Notes under the pieces: model-generated
The model's database searches: none
What the model was told of the DNA's origin: nothing
The model's input: only the letters and a program-made list of their open reading frames with translations
Translations under genes and position numbers: made by a program
Assembly (NCBI GenBank): GCA_002700285.1
Contig: PACT01000022.1
Location: 120,429-184,428, forward strand
DNA from: Crocinitomicaceae bacterium
GTDB taxonomy: Bacteria; Bacteroidota; Bacteroidia; Flavobacteriales_D; Sanyastnellaceae
Reading direction: 5' to 3'
Length of the DNA: 64,000 nucleotides
Shown here: piece by piece, positions 26,977 to 36,187 of the stretch
Layout: each line of letters starts with the position of its first letter
Numbering within the stretch: the stretch's first letter is position 1

Positions 26977-28733
26977 TATTTATTGGGGTTAAATGTAGAT
27001 TTTAATTCAAGTTCTGTGTATTGTGTGTCATCTATTGGTGAAGGCGCATCGATCATAATGTCTCTCCCAGAGTTGTTTTTCGGGAAAGCGATAAAATCAC
27101 GAATAGAGTCAGATCCACCAAACATAGAGCAAAGTCTGTCAAATCCCAGAGCCAAGCCACCATGAGGCGGTGCTCCGTATTGGAATGCATTCATAAGGAA
27201 TCCAAATTGTGCCTCGGCTTCTTCCTCTGTGAAACCAAGAAGATCAAACATTCGTGCCTGTAATTCTCGGTCGTGAATTCGTATTGATCCGCCTCCGATT
27301 TCGACCCCGTTAATGACCATATCGTATGCATTGGCCTTTACTTTTCCAGGATCGGAATCGATAAGCGCAAGTTGATCGGGTTTAGGAGATGTAAATGGAT
27401 GGTGCATCGCATGGTAGCGATCGGTGTCTTCGTCCCATTCTAGAAGTGGAAAGTCCATGACCCAAAGAGGCTTAAAGACTTTCGGGTCGCGTAAACCCAT
27501 TTCTTCTCCAAGGTGAAGCCTGAGCTCACCCAATTGCTTGCGCGTTTTATCTACCCCCCCTGAAAGAACTAAGATTAAATCACCTTTTTCTGCGCCTGTT
27601 TTTTCCGCCCAACTCGAGCGCGCATTTTCATCAAAGAACTTATCTACACTGCTCTTCGTCGTTCCGTCTTCGTTGACTCTGCAATAGATAAGACCTTTTG
27701 CACCAATTTGTGGCCGCTTCACCCAATCGGTAAGTTTATCGAGTTGTTTTCTCGTGTATGAGGCTCCTCCCTGCACCACGATCCCAAGGACTGTTTCTGC
27801 AGAATCGAACACCCCGAACCCCTTTCCTTGAGCCACATCGCAGATGTTGACAAACGCCATCCCAAATCTGACATCAGGCTTGTCTGAACCATAAAGACGC
27901 ATCGCATCGTCATAGTCTATTCTCGGGAAATCTTCAATCTCGACGTTGAGGACCACTTTAAAAAGATGGCGAACCATGCCCTCGAATGTATTGAGGATAT
28001 CTTCCTGCTCTACAAATGCCATTTCGCAGTCTATCTGCGTAAACTCAGGCTGTCTGTCTGCGCGAAGATCTTCGTCACGGAAACACTTCACGATTTGATA
28101 ATAGCGGTCAAAACCACTCACCATAAGAAGCTGCTTAAACGTTTGAGGACTCTGAGGCAACGCATAAAATTCACCGGGATTCATGCGGCTCGGGACGACG
28201 AAATCTCTTGCGCCTTCTGGTGTACTCTTAATGAGATATGGGGTCTCAACATCAATAAAACCTACTGAGTCCAAATATTTACGCGTTTCCATACCAACTC
28301 TATGACGAAGCATAATATTTTGCTTCACCGGATTCCTACGAAGATCTAAATACCGATACTGCATTCTAAGATCATCACCCCCATCCGTGTCATCTTCGAT
28401 GGTGAAAGGAGGCGTTTTACTTGGGTTAAGAATTTCAAGTGATGTAACATCAATCTCGATTTCTCCAGTTGGATTCTTAAGGTTTTTACTTTCTCTTTCA
28501 ACCACATTGCCGTGAATTTTAACGACGAATTCCCGACCCAATTTCCGAGCTTGATGACATAGATCTGCATTGGTTTCCATATTGAAAACCAGTTGTGTTT
28601 TTCCGTACCGATCCCTAAGGTCTACAAAAGTCATTCCCCCCAAATCTCGCGCTTTCTGGACCCACCCAGAAAGAGTAACAGAAGTACCAGCATTTTCAAG
28701 GCGCAATTCGCCGCAAGTGTGTGATCTGTGCAT
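26976..28733 (-). CDS. aspS: aspartate--tRNA ligase
   Basis: 585 aa with class II motifs ([33 protein letters not shown]) and an N-terminal OB fold. Confidence 0.95.
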   Translation of the reverse strand: MHRSHTCGELRLENAGTSVTLSGWVQKARDLGGMTFVDLRDRYGKTQLVFNMETNADLCHQARKLGREFVVKIHGNVVERESKNLKNPTGEIEIDVTSLEILNPSKTPPFTIEDDTDGGDDLRMQYRYLDLRRNPVKQNIMLRHRVGMETRKYLDSVGFIDVETPYLIKSTPEGARDFVVPSRMNPGEFYALPQSPQTFKQLLMVSGFDRYYQIVKCFRDEDLRADRQPEFTQIDCEMAFVEQEDILNTFEGMVRHLFKVVLNVEIEDFPRIDYDDAMRLYGSDKPDVRFGMAFVNICDVAQGKGFGVFDSAETVLGIVVQGGASYTRKQLDKLTDWVKRPQIGAKGLIYCRVNEDGTTKSSVDKFFDENARSSWAEKTGAEKGDLILVLSGGVDKTRKQLGELRLHLGEEMGLRDPKVFKPLWVMDFPLLEWDEDTDRYHAMHHPFTSPKPDQLALIDSDPGKVKANAYDMVINGVEIGGGSIRIHDRELQARMFDLLGFTEEEAEAQFGFLMNAFQYGAPPHGGLALGFDRLCSMFGGSDSIRDFIAFPKNNSGRDIMIDAPSPIDDTQYTELELKSTFNPNK

Positions 28734-28835
28734 TGTACAAAGATAGAAAGAGGATGGGGTTTAATGGTAGTGTATCAGGCAAGTTGTTTCGTGAAAGAGC
28801 ATGACAACTTCTTCACTCAGTTGCAATGTCCTCAT

Positions 28836-31244
28836 TTAAAAGTCAATCATGAGCCCGACAGACGGCAATACGGTGCCACTGATGTTTTCAATTTCAGATA
28901 ATTCGTATGATTGTGGATTGTTCGGATCGATGATGGGATTGCCAGAATCATCTCTTTCTACATCAAGAAATGGTTGACTGACTGCCTGGAAATTGTAGAT
29001 GTTTTGGATGTCGATGTATGCATTCACAGCCCACTTCTTGAAGTACCATTTTTTATCTAATCTGATGTCCAAACCATGTGTCGCGGGGTTTCTAAAATCA
29101 TTCAATTGATCCCAGTCGAACACACCCTGCTGGACGATGTCCCAGACATCAATTGTTGCAGATCGCTCTATGTCATAAGGGGTGTATGGCGCTCCCCCCA
29201 CAAACCTGAATTTCATCCCGAGCTCCCAATCGTTTGTAAATTTCTTACCTGCGGTGAGATTAAGGATATGCCTGTTATCCCATGAAGAATTGATCAATTC
29301 GTCGTTTTTGTCAGAGAACTCACCCCGCACAAATGTGTATGAGAGAATCCCATATACAGAGGAGAGAAGTTTCTGTTGAACCAGCAGTTCGAGGCCATAA
29401 GTTCTACCATATGATGTTGAAGTTACAGGCTCATTTCCGATCACGCCAAAATCCCCTCCCAGGTTTGCAAGTGAGAGGCTGTCTCTTGTCAAAAATGGAT
29501 AATTGTCATAGGTTTTATAAAACCCCTCAACAGTCACTTTAGACAACAAACTAGGATTAAATTCGAGCCCAGCAATAAAATGATCAGACTGTATATAAGT
29601 GATGTTGTTTTCTTTGTTTGCGAGCAAAGCGTTGTTGTCTCGGTACCCCATGATTGTATAGGGTGGAAGCTGGAAATAGCGACCAACATTGAAATTGGCC
29701 TTTAATTTTTCAGTGACAGAATAGGATGCAGAAAGTCTCGGAGACATCTGATCAAGTGGATTGCTCATTTCCTCTGAATAGTCGTTACAATCCAGACGCA
29801 CCCCGAATGACACCATTAACCTGTTTTTTACAAGCTCTTTACTGACTTGAGAAAAAACAGCAAACTTATTGACAGGCAAACGAGACTCGAAATCAATCAC
29901 ATCCACCGCGCCATTCACCACGATTTGATTGTAGGTTGAATTTGTATAAATCGCATTTTCGTAGCCCAGCCCCAGGTTTAATTTCCATCCATTTTCCCGA
30001 ATGGTGTTTTCCAACCTCACCTTGTTTTCAATTTCTTGAGATCTGTAGTCGAGTATTAGATTCTCGGGTTGTTCAATATTTCCCTGATATTTAACAGCCC
30101 TGTTGTTTAAATGATTGCGGCTGACCACAACATTTTGATAACTGTTTGTCCCAAAATGCTTCCAGTTTGCGCCTACAGTATAGTTCCATTGTGTGTTCAC
30201 AGGTAAGTTTCCCAGAATGTAGTTGTTTCTTCTAATGGCATCTTCGTCTTCCAAACCATCGTTCGCAGAGGTATTCAAAGTGAAGTCGTCCACTGCCCCA
30301 AGCCCTATGATGGTGATGCGGTTTTTATCATTAACCTTGATGGTCTGCTTGTATTGAAAATCATTGTAGGTAGGAAGGAAAGGGAGCCCCAGTGATTTGA
30401 AGAGCAATTGCAAGTAGGATTGCCTTGCAGATAAAATAAACGTGGACTTGTCACCGATAGGCCCATCGAAGGTGATTCCCGCATCACTTGAGCCGAGCAT
30501 AAAGGTGCCCTTGATCCCTTCATCATTCCCTTCAATTTGTTTGAACTCCAAGATGGAGCTGAGCGCATTTCCCCTGTTGGCGGGGAAAGCTCCAGCATAA
30601 AAATCGACTTCCCGTATGAAATTCACGTTAATCATCCCTACTGGGCCACCTGAAGACCCTTGTGTTGCAAAGTGATTAATGTTTGGAACTTCAATGCCAT
30701 CGAGATAAAATCTATTTTCATTTGGCGCACCCCCACGCACGATAATGTCATTTCTAAATGAAGCTGACGATGCGACACCAGGAAGAATTTGTATCACATT
30801 TGAAATGTCTCTATTTCCACCAGGATTTCGATAGATTTCGGAGGAACTAATCGTTCTCAGACTGACAGGACTTTCTTCTCTTTTGTTAAATGGAGATGCG
30901 GTGATCACAACTTGGTCAAGCGTCGTATTTTCTTCCACCAAAGCAAAGTCAAGGGTGGTCGTCCGGACGGAGTTCACGGGCACTTCATAGTTCACCAGTC
31001 TCTTAAAACCGATAAATGAGCATGTCACACTGTATGTTCCTGGATCCAGGTTTGTGAGGATGTAATTGCCCTCAATATCTGAAGTGGCGCCAAGTGAGGT
31101 GCCCTCAATAAAAATATTTGCAAAAGGAACTGCTTCGTTGTTGATGCTATTGAATACACGGCCTTTTATGGTGCTGGTTTGTCCCCAAACAACCCCAAAT
31201 AGACATGTAAATATTATTGATGTGATTATTGACTTGACGTTCAT
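28836..31244 (-). CDS. TonB-dependent receptor with carboxypeptidase-regulatory-like N-domain
   Basis: Signal peptide, then a CarbopepD_reg-like STIKGRVFNSINNEAVPFANIFIEG. The plug reads VSLRTISSSEIYRNPG...RGGAPNENRFYLDGIEV. A long beta-barrel ends in F. Confidence 0.85.
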   Translation of the reverse strand: MNVKSIITSIIFTCLFGVVWGQTSTIKGRVFNSINNEAVPFANIFIEGTSLGATSDIEGNYILTNLDPGTYSVTCSFIGFKRLVNYEVPVNSVRTTTLDFALVEENTTLDQVVITASPFNKREESPVSLRTISSSEIYRNPGGNRDISNVIQILPGVASSASFRNDIIVRGGAPNENRFYLDGIEVPNINHFATQGSSGGPVGMINVNFIREVDFYAGAFPANRGNALSSILEFKQIEGNDEGIKGTFMLGSSDAGITFDGPIGDKSTFILSARQSYLQLLFKSLGLPFLPTYNDFQYKQTIKVNDKNRITIIGLGAVDDFTLNTSANDGLEDEDAIRRNNYILGNLPVNTQWNYTVGANWKHFGTNSYQNVVVSRNHLNNRAVKYQGNIEQPENLILDYRSQEIENKVRLENTIRENGWKLNLGLGYENAIYTNSTYNQIVVNGAVDVIDFESRLPVNKFAVFSQVSKELVKNRLMVSFGVRLDCNDYSEEMSNPLDQMSPRLSASYSVTEKLKANFNVGRYFQLPPYTIMGYRDNNALLANKENNITYIQSDHFIAGLEFNPSLLSKVTVEGFYKTYDNYPFLTRDSLSLANLGGDFGVIGNEPVTSTSYGRTYGLELLVQQKLLSSVYGILSYTFVRGEFSDKNDELINSSWDNRHILNLTAGKKFTNDWELGMKFRFVGGAPYTPYDIERSATIDVWDIVQQGVFDWDQLNDFRNPATHGLDIRLDKKWYFKKWAVNAYIDIQNIYNFQAVSQPFLDVERDDSGNPIIDPNNPQSYELSEIENISGTVLPSVGLMIDF

Positions 31245-31246
31245 CG

Positions 31247-32167
31247 TTATTTCTGATCAATCTGGTGGTTTTTATAAATATTACGCAATGCATCGTTCAG
31301 TTTCGCATACTTAAAACCAAACCCTTGCGCTGTTATTTTGGTTGATGACACGCGACTTCCGGTTAACAATACGACCGCCATTTCCCCCAGCAAGAGGCGA
31401 ATAAAAAAAGCAGGGATATTGGGTAAGATAACCTTGCGTTTTAAAGCGGCCGCAACTTTTTGAGTGAACGCATTGTTTGTGACATGTTCAGGCGCAACAG
31501 CATTGTATGTTCCCCCTTCATCTTGTGTCATCACAAACTTCAACATGCCGCAGAGATCTGCAATATGAATCCACGGAACCCACTGTTTGCCTGTCCCGAC
31601 TCCGCTTCCCACTCCAAAACGAATGGGGGCAGCTATTTTTTTCAAGGCGCCTCTGTCTCTGTCGAGAACGATCCCAAACCTCACAACGTCAATCTTATTT
31701 GCCACATGATTGGATTTGAATGCATGCGCCGCGTGCTCCCAGTCTCGACACACTTCTCCTAAAAAATCATCCGCATTGGGAGAATTCTCAGTGAAGATGT
31801 GGTCAGATGTTGTCGCACCATAATATCCAATTGCTGAAGCTGAAATAAACGAGTCTATTTTTTGATTGTTTTTCTGTAACTCACCTAAAATTAACTGCGC
31901 GCCATCGACTCGGCTTTTTTTAATCTCCTTTTTTCTTTCAGGGGTCCATCTTTTCTCAGCGATCGGTGATCCAGCCAAATGGATGATGTGATTGACGTCT
32001 TTTAACCCCTCAGGGTCGATGTAGCCCAAATTGATATCCCAGCGATACGCATTCTCTTGTGTCACTTCTCTGGTTAAAAACTTGAGGGTATATTCTCCCT
32101 CCAGTTCAAGCGCTAAGGATTTCGCCAACATTCCGTGAGCGCCTGTTATGAGGACGACTTCCTTCAT
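31247..32167 (-). CDS. TIGR01777-family NAD-dependent epimerase/dehydratase-like protein (YfcH-like, DUF1731 C-terminus)
   Basis: VLITGAHGMLAKSL Rossmann motif, 306 aa, YfcH-like profile. A 4-nt overlap links it to the upstream ORF. Confidence 0.75.
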   Translation of the reverse strand: MKEVVLITGAHGMLAKSLALELEGEYTLKFLTREVTQENAYRWDINLGYIDPEGLKDVNHIIHLAGSPIAEKRWTPERKKEIKKSRVDGAQLILGELQKNNQKIDSFISASAIGYYGATTSDHIFTENSPNADDFLGEVCRDWEHAAHAFKSNHVANKIDVVRFGIVLDRDRGALKKIAAPIRFGVGSGVGTGKQWVPWIHIADLCGMLKFVMTQDEGGTYNAVAPEHVTNNAFTQKVAAALKRKVILPNIPAFFIRLLLGEMAVVLLTGSRVSSTKITAQGFGFKYAKLNDALRNIYKNHQIDQK

Positions 32168-32358
32168 ATTTTTGCCAATTGAATGAATACGGCATCATAT
32201 TCTTTAAAGCGATGTTCTCGGATGGGGCGGATTTTAGGGTCGGTGTCAAAATGTAACACAAGACAAGGGCTGATGTCCTTGTATTTTTCAACGAACTCAT
32301 AGCTTAACAGTTCATTGTTGTAGATGCGTTGTTTGATTTTATTGTGATAGGGATACAT
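32164..32358 (-). CDS. small hypothetical protein (64 aa) inside the crt operon
   Basis: The ORF fits exactly between crtY (1-nt gap) and the TIGR01777 gene (ATGA overlap). I recognise no family. Confidence 0.5.
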   Translation of the reverse strand: MYPYHNKIKQRIYNNELLSYEFVEKYKDISPCLVLHFDTDPKIRPIREHRFKEYDAVFIQLAKI

Positions 32359-32359
32359 T

Positions 32360-33052
32360 TTATCTAATGTCCTGTTTGGGCTTGAGGCATTCGAAAATCA
32401 TTAAATTTCCAAAGAGCATCGAGAAGGCATACCCGATATCCTCTATTGGAATTGTCGCAAGCCTGATCCCTAAATTTTCATCATCATTGTACCAAACAAT
32501 TGGCGCATCGATCATCGAACCGGTGAGAATCCCATTTACAATAAAAAATGGAATAAGAATAATTAAAAACGACAGAAAAAACCGCTGTAACAATTGAAGA
32601 TAAAAAACAACGCCTAGTGCGAGCGTGATGATTAAAAAAATCGCGTCCACTGCAGTGTATGCTTTCGAAAAATGCGTGCAAAGTAGGATGCATGTCACTG
32701 CAATTAAAACAACCGCGATTGTGCGGGTCAGGGTTTCATTCAGAAAAAATTTTGGCGCCAAATGTTTGAGTACAAAATGAGTAAACAAGGAGCAAAAGGG
32801 GATTGCAAAAAAGAACATCCATTCTTCTAGGGGCATCATGAATAGCTTCAACCCCAAACAATACGCCTCATTAAACCCCCAGACACCTGCCCTCGTAAAT
32901 AAAGCATCCCAAATCAAAAAAGCGAAAGCAACTGTTGAAGTAGAGATCAAGAAGTCCTTCCATCTTTTAATGACGTCCAAGTAAAAAACGGTAAATGCCA
33001 AAGGGACAGATATGGAACCGATCAGCACGTATAAGTAAACCGGTGTCATCAC
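32360..33052 (-). CDS. crtY: lycopene beta-cyclase, fused heterodimeric (CrtYc/CrtYd) type
   Basis: 230 aa, about 7 TM segments, with two copies of the PxE(E/D) cyclase motif (MPLEEWMFF and IPIEDIGYAF). Confidence 0.8.
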   Translation of the reverse strand: MMTPVYLYVLIGSISVPLAFTVFYLDVIKRWKDFLISTSTVAFAFLIWDALFTRAGVWGFNEAYCLGLKLFMMPLEEWMFFFAIPFCSLFTHFVLKHLAPKFFLNETLTRTIAVVLIAVTCILLCTHFSKAYTAVDAIFLIITLALGVVFYLQLLQRFFLSFLIILIPFFIVNGILTGSMIDAPIVWYNDDENLGIRLATIPIEDIGYAFSMLFGNLMIFECLKPKQDIR

Positions 33053-33507
33053 TTTTGTTTTCTAGGGAAGTATTTTTTCGGGACGTTAAGCATTCCGAAA
33101 CATTCCCCATCTTCTTTCCCCAAATGTTTGTGGTGCACTTTGTGGGCCTTTCTTAACCCCAAAAAATATCTGTTTTTGGTTTTGTCAAACCACTTGAATC
33201 TTCTATGAATGAGTACGTCATGAATAAGAAAGTAGGCAATGCCGTAAAGAAGAATTCCGAGTGCGATGAAAAACTTGTAATTTAACTCAGGGTTCACCCC
33301 AAAATAAAACAGTGTAATACTAGGGGCTGCGCCAATTAAGAAGAAGACGTCATTTTTCTCAAATACATTTTGATATTTGGGTTGGTGATGATCTTCATGT
33401 AAAAACCACAAAAACCCATGCATGACATATTTGTGATTCAACCAAGTTGACACCTCCATAAGTAAGAATGTTATCACGACAATAACAATGTAAAATAAGA
33501 CAATCAT
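33049..33507 (-). CDS. crtZ: beta-carotene hydroxylase
   Basis: 152 aa with fatty-acid-hydroxylase His boxes HEDHHQP, HDVLIHRRF and HKVHHKH. Confidence 0.85.
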   Translation of the reverse strand: MIVLFYIVIVVITFLLMEVSTWLNHKYVMHGFLWFLHEDHHQPKYQNVFEKNDVFFLIGAAPSITLFYFGVNPELNYKFFIALGILLYGIAYFLIHDVLIHRRFKWFDKTKNRYFLGLRKAHKVHHKHLGKEDGECFGMLNVPKKYFPRKQK

Positions 33508-33944
33508 AAGGATGTATTTGCTCTTATAAAGTAATCCAGGTAATCGGTTTCATCCTCCACTTCTAAGATGTTTCTCAGGATCAGTTTATCCTCTTCGATA
33601 TGTTCATTGTACCCAAGAAAAGAAGGCGTGTTTTCTTGTGATAACAAACGGACATATCGCAGGTGAATATTTGTACGATGTGTGTCAATTAAACCATTTA
33701 ATATTGTTTTGTTTTCTTGAAACAACTGAAGCTTTCGCAAAGGGTTTGGTGAATACTCAGCTTGTTTCATGGCGATGGATGTGACATATGCCATGACTGA
33801 CGCATCTTTGCTTTCATGATATTTGTGAATAAAAGAGATCTCGGACGCTTCATTTTCTAATTGATGATACTCTTGAACGACCTGCTTTATGTCAGGATTA
33901 AAGTCAAATGCTAAAAGTAAAATCAAAGAGAACACGGTCATCAT
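33504..33944 (-). CDS. hypothetical protein (146 aa, N-terminal hydrophobic segment) inside the crt operon
   Basis: ATGA overlaps at both ends, with crtB upstream and crtZ downstream. I recognise no family. Confidence 0.55.
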   Translation of the reverse strand: MMTVFSLILLLAFDFNPDIKQVVQEYHQLENEASEISFIHKYHESKDASVMAYVTSIAMKQAEYSPNPLRKLQLFQENKTILNGLIDTHRTNIHLRYVRLLSQENTPSFLGYNEHIEEDKLILRNILEVEDETDYLDYFIRANTSL

Positions 33945-34780
33945 ACCAAGTTTAGTTTGTGACGTAAATATGATTGTAGAAGAATACTTATTTTTTTTGG
34001 GGTTGACACTCTAATTCGATTTTCTTTTAAAACTTTGGCAGGTGTATGCACGATCTTTTTCAGTAAATGAGAGTAGTACTTGTATGCCAAATATACTCCT
34101 AATCTAGATTCTTTTGGAAGCTTTAAAACGCCCTCTTTTGCTATTTTAAAATCGTTTTCAATCTCTTCAATAATCAGTTCTTTGTCGGAATCTTTGAAGT
34201 TCCTTGGATCGATATTAGGGAAGTAAGTTCGATCTAGTTCTTCGAAGTCTTGTCTTAAATCTCGTAAAAAGTTAACCTTTTGAAACGCTGACCCAAGTTT
34301 AATGGCAGATGCTTCTAACTGTCTATATCTAGATTGATCTCCTTTTACGAAGATTTTCAGACACATGAGACCCACAACATCAGCAGATCCATAGATGTAT
34401 TCATCGATTTCCTCTTTGTTTTTGTAGATCTTCTTAGAGATGTCAGCGCGCATGCTTTTCATGAAAGCTTTGACGAGCGCAATTGAAATATCGTATTTTC
34501 TGATGGTGTTTAGAAACGCATGAATGACAGGGTTGGCGCTAATCCCAATCTTGAGTGAAGTCCAAAGTTCTTCTTCAAACCTGTTTAAAACATCCTCTTG
34601 TGGGTATCCATCAAAGCTGTCCACAATCTCATCAGCGACGCGAACAAACCCATAGATATTGTAGACATCTTGTCGAATCGACCTGTCAAGCAACCTTACT
34701 GCCATGGAAAACGAAGTGCTGTATTTTTTCGTTATAATGCTCGCAGTTTGATTAGATATTTCATCGTATAGCTGCTTCAT
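33941..34780 (-). CDS. crtB: phytoene synthase
   Basis: Squalene/phytoene synthase motifs FVRVADEIVD, YGSADVVGLMC and LRDLRQDFEELDRTYFP. I prefer the start MKQLYDEIS at 34780 over the track start at 34840. Confidence 0.9.
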   Translation of the reverse strand: MKQLYDEISNQTASIITKKYSTSFSMAVRLLDRSIRQDVYNIYGFVRVADEIVDSFDGYPQEDVLNRFEEELWTSLKIGISANPVIHAFLNTIRKYDISIALVKAFMKSMRADISKKIYKNKEEIDEYIYGSADVVGLMCLKIFVKGDQSRYRQLEASAIKLGSAFQKVNFLRDLRQDFEELDRTYFPNIDPRNFKDSDKELIIEEIENDFKIAKEGVLKLPKESRLGVYLAYKYYSHLLKKIVHTPAKVLKENRIRVSTPKKISILLQSYLRHKLNLV

Positions 34781-34813
34781 GATCCTAATATGGAGGTTTT
34801 TTTCAACATTGAC

Positions 34814-34835
34814 TAACAAATGTAAGCTTTTGTTA
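34814..34835. promoter_or_regulatory. perfect inverted repeat TAACAAA-N8-TTTGTTA upstream of crtB
   Basis: Read directly at 34814-34820 and 34829-34835. It lies 34-55 nt upstream of the crtB ATG and 25 nt beyond the stop of the upstream gene. It could be an operator or a weak terminator. Confidence 0.3.
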
Positions 34836-34859
34836 TACAAAACACAAATTTTATCATAT

Positions 34860-36179
34860 TTAGTCAGTAATTAGGTTGTCGAATCCACTGTAAAAAGTGG
34901 TGAATGGAATGATGTCTTCTAATATCGGCTTCCTCATCAGCCCGAATGTCGGAGTCATTATCCTGTATGCTGTTTTAACACTTAACGATTCGCCAACTTC
35001 AGTCCAGGCAAAATATACAGTATCGTTTTTCATTGTCATTTTTGGGAAACCACTTGACCTTGATTCGCTTGACTGTGAAACAATGAAAGGTGTCTCTAAT
35101 GTTCCGTCAAGCTTTACACGGCATGCTTTTATCGATGCTTGCCCCAATGCGGTTTCGAGCCAACTGATTAATGCCGATCCATCTTCTAAGACAATCAGAT
35201 CAACCCTTCCGGAAGGATTGCTATCGCTAATTATAATCGCATCTTCAAAGGTTTTTCCGTCATTTGTAGAAAAGGCAACTTTGATTTTTGGGACGCCACC
35301 GGCCTCTGTAAACCAAGCAACTGCAGCGACATCTCCTTTAACATCAATGGCTGGACCATTGACTGGACAGCCATTGATTTTCCAATTGTCATTGAAGACA
35401 GATTGAGGCTCGGTCCATTTTCCATTGATTAATCGAACCACCGAAATATCTCTTATTTCTTTTTCAGTGCGATCTCTGTATACGAGAATTGGCCCCGTTG
35501 AAACAAGCGCCGCATCTGTTTGGCAGCAGCTACAAACACGATTGTCAATCAGAAGTTCCTCAGACACTTTTCCGTTTTTATCGATGACGGCACTTCGTAA
35601 GGTCATTTCATTTGAAGGGACGGTGTCAGATTCTTGAATCAAGGCGTAATTCCTTCCGTCCAGCCAAACGGCCAGGACTTCATCTTTGTAGGGCACCATA
35701 CTTACAAATCCATGCTCGGTAAGGGTGCTGTCTTTATGAGGAGATATGGGGTTACTCCAGGATCTTCCCTTGTCGTTCGAGATGGAAACCTTCACATCAT
35801 ACGCATATGTATCTTCTCCGCACTGAACGAGAAAGTGAGAGGCGATTGATTCCTGCCCAAACGTAGACATAGAAGGGAAATCGGCCCAGTTTACAAACCA
35901 ACTGTCTCCTTGAGAGATTTTCTTTTTTTGTGACCAAACATCGTGGCTAATGGTGGAATAATACAAAGATGTGTTGTGATCTTCAGACGTTTCTACCCAA
36001 CTCAAATAAACGGTATCATCACTCCCGACATGTAAATTTGGCTCTGAACTGTTCACCCCAGAGGGGGATTTCATTGATTCAAAACACAACTTGTCATCTG
36101 TTGTTGGGTGATGTGAACAGCTAATAAAGCAGGCGCTTTCAAGAATAAGAATGACTCGTAATATTCGGCAGTAAGTCAT
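34860..36179 (-). CDS. BNR/sialidase-like beta-propeller lipoprotein
   Basis: Lipobox FISC. BNR-type SxDxGxxW/F motifs SNDKGRSWS and STNDGKTFE. 439 aa. Confidence 0.65.
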   Translation of the reverse strand: MTYCRILRVILILESACFISCSHHPTTDDKLCFESMKSPSGVNSSEPNLHVGSDDTVYLSWVETSEDHNTSLYYSTISHDVWSQKKKISQGDSWFVNWADFPSMSTFGQESIASHFLVQCGEDTYAYDVKVSISNDKGRSWSNPISPHKDSTLTEHGFVSMVPYKDEVLAVWLDGRNYALIQESDTVPSNEMTLRSAVIDKNGKVSEELLIDNRVCSCCQTDAALVSTGPILVYRDRTEKEIRDISVVRLINGKWTEPQSVFNDNWKINGCPVNGPAIDVKGDVAAVAWFTEAGGVPKIKVAFSTNDGKTFEDAIIISDSNPSGRVDLIVLEDGSALISWLETALGQASIKACRVKLDGTLETPFIVSQSSESRSSGFPKMTMKNDTVYFAWTEVGESLSVKTAYRIMTPTFGLMRKPILEDIIPFTTFYSGFDNLITD

Positions 36180-36187
36180 CTCCTTAT

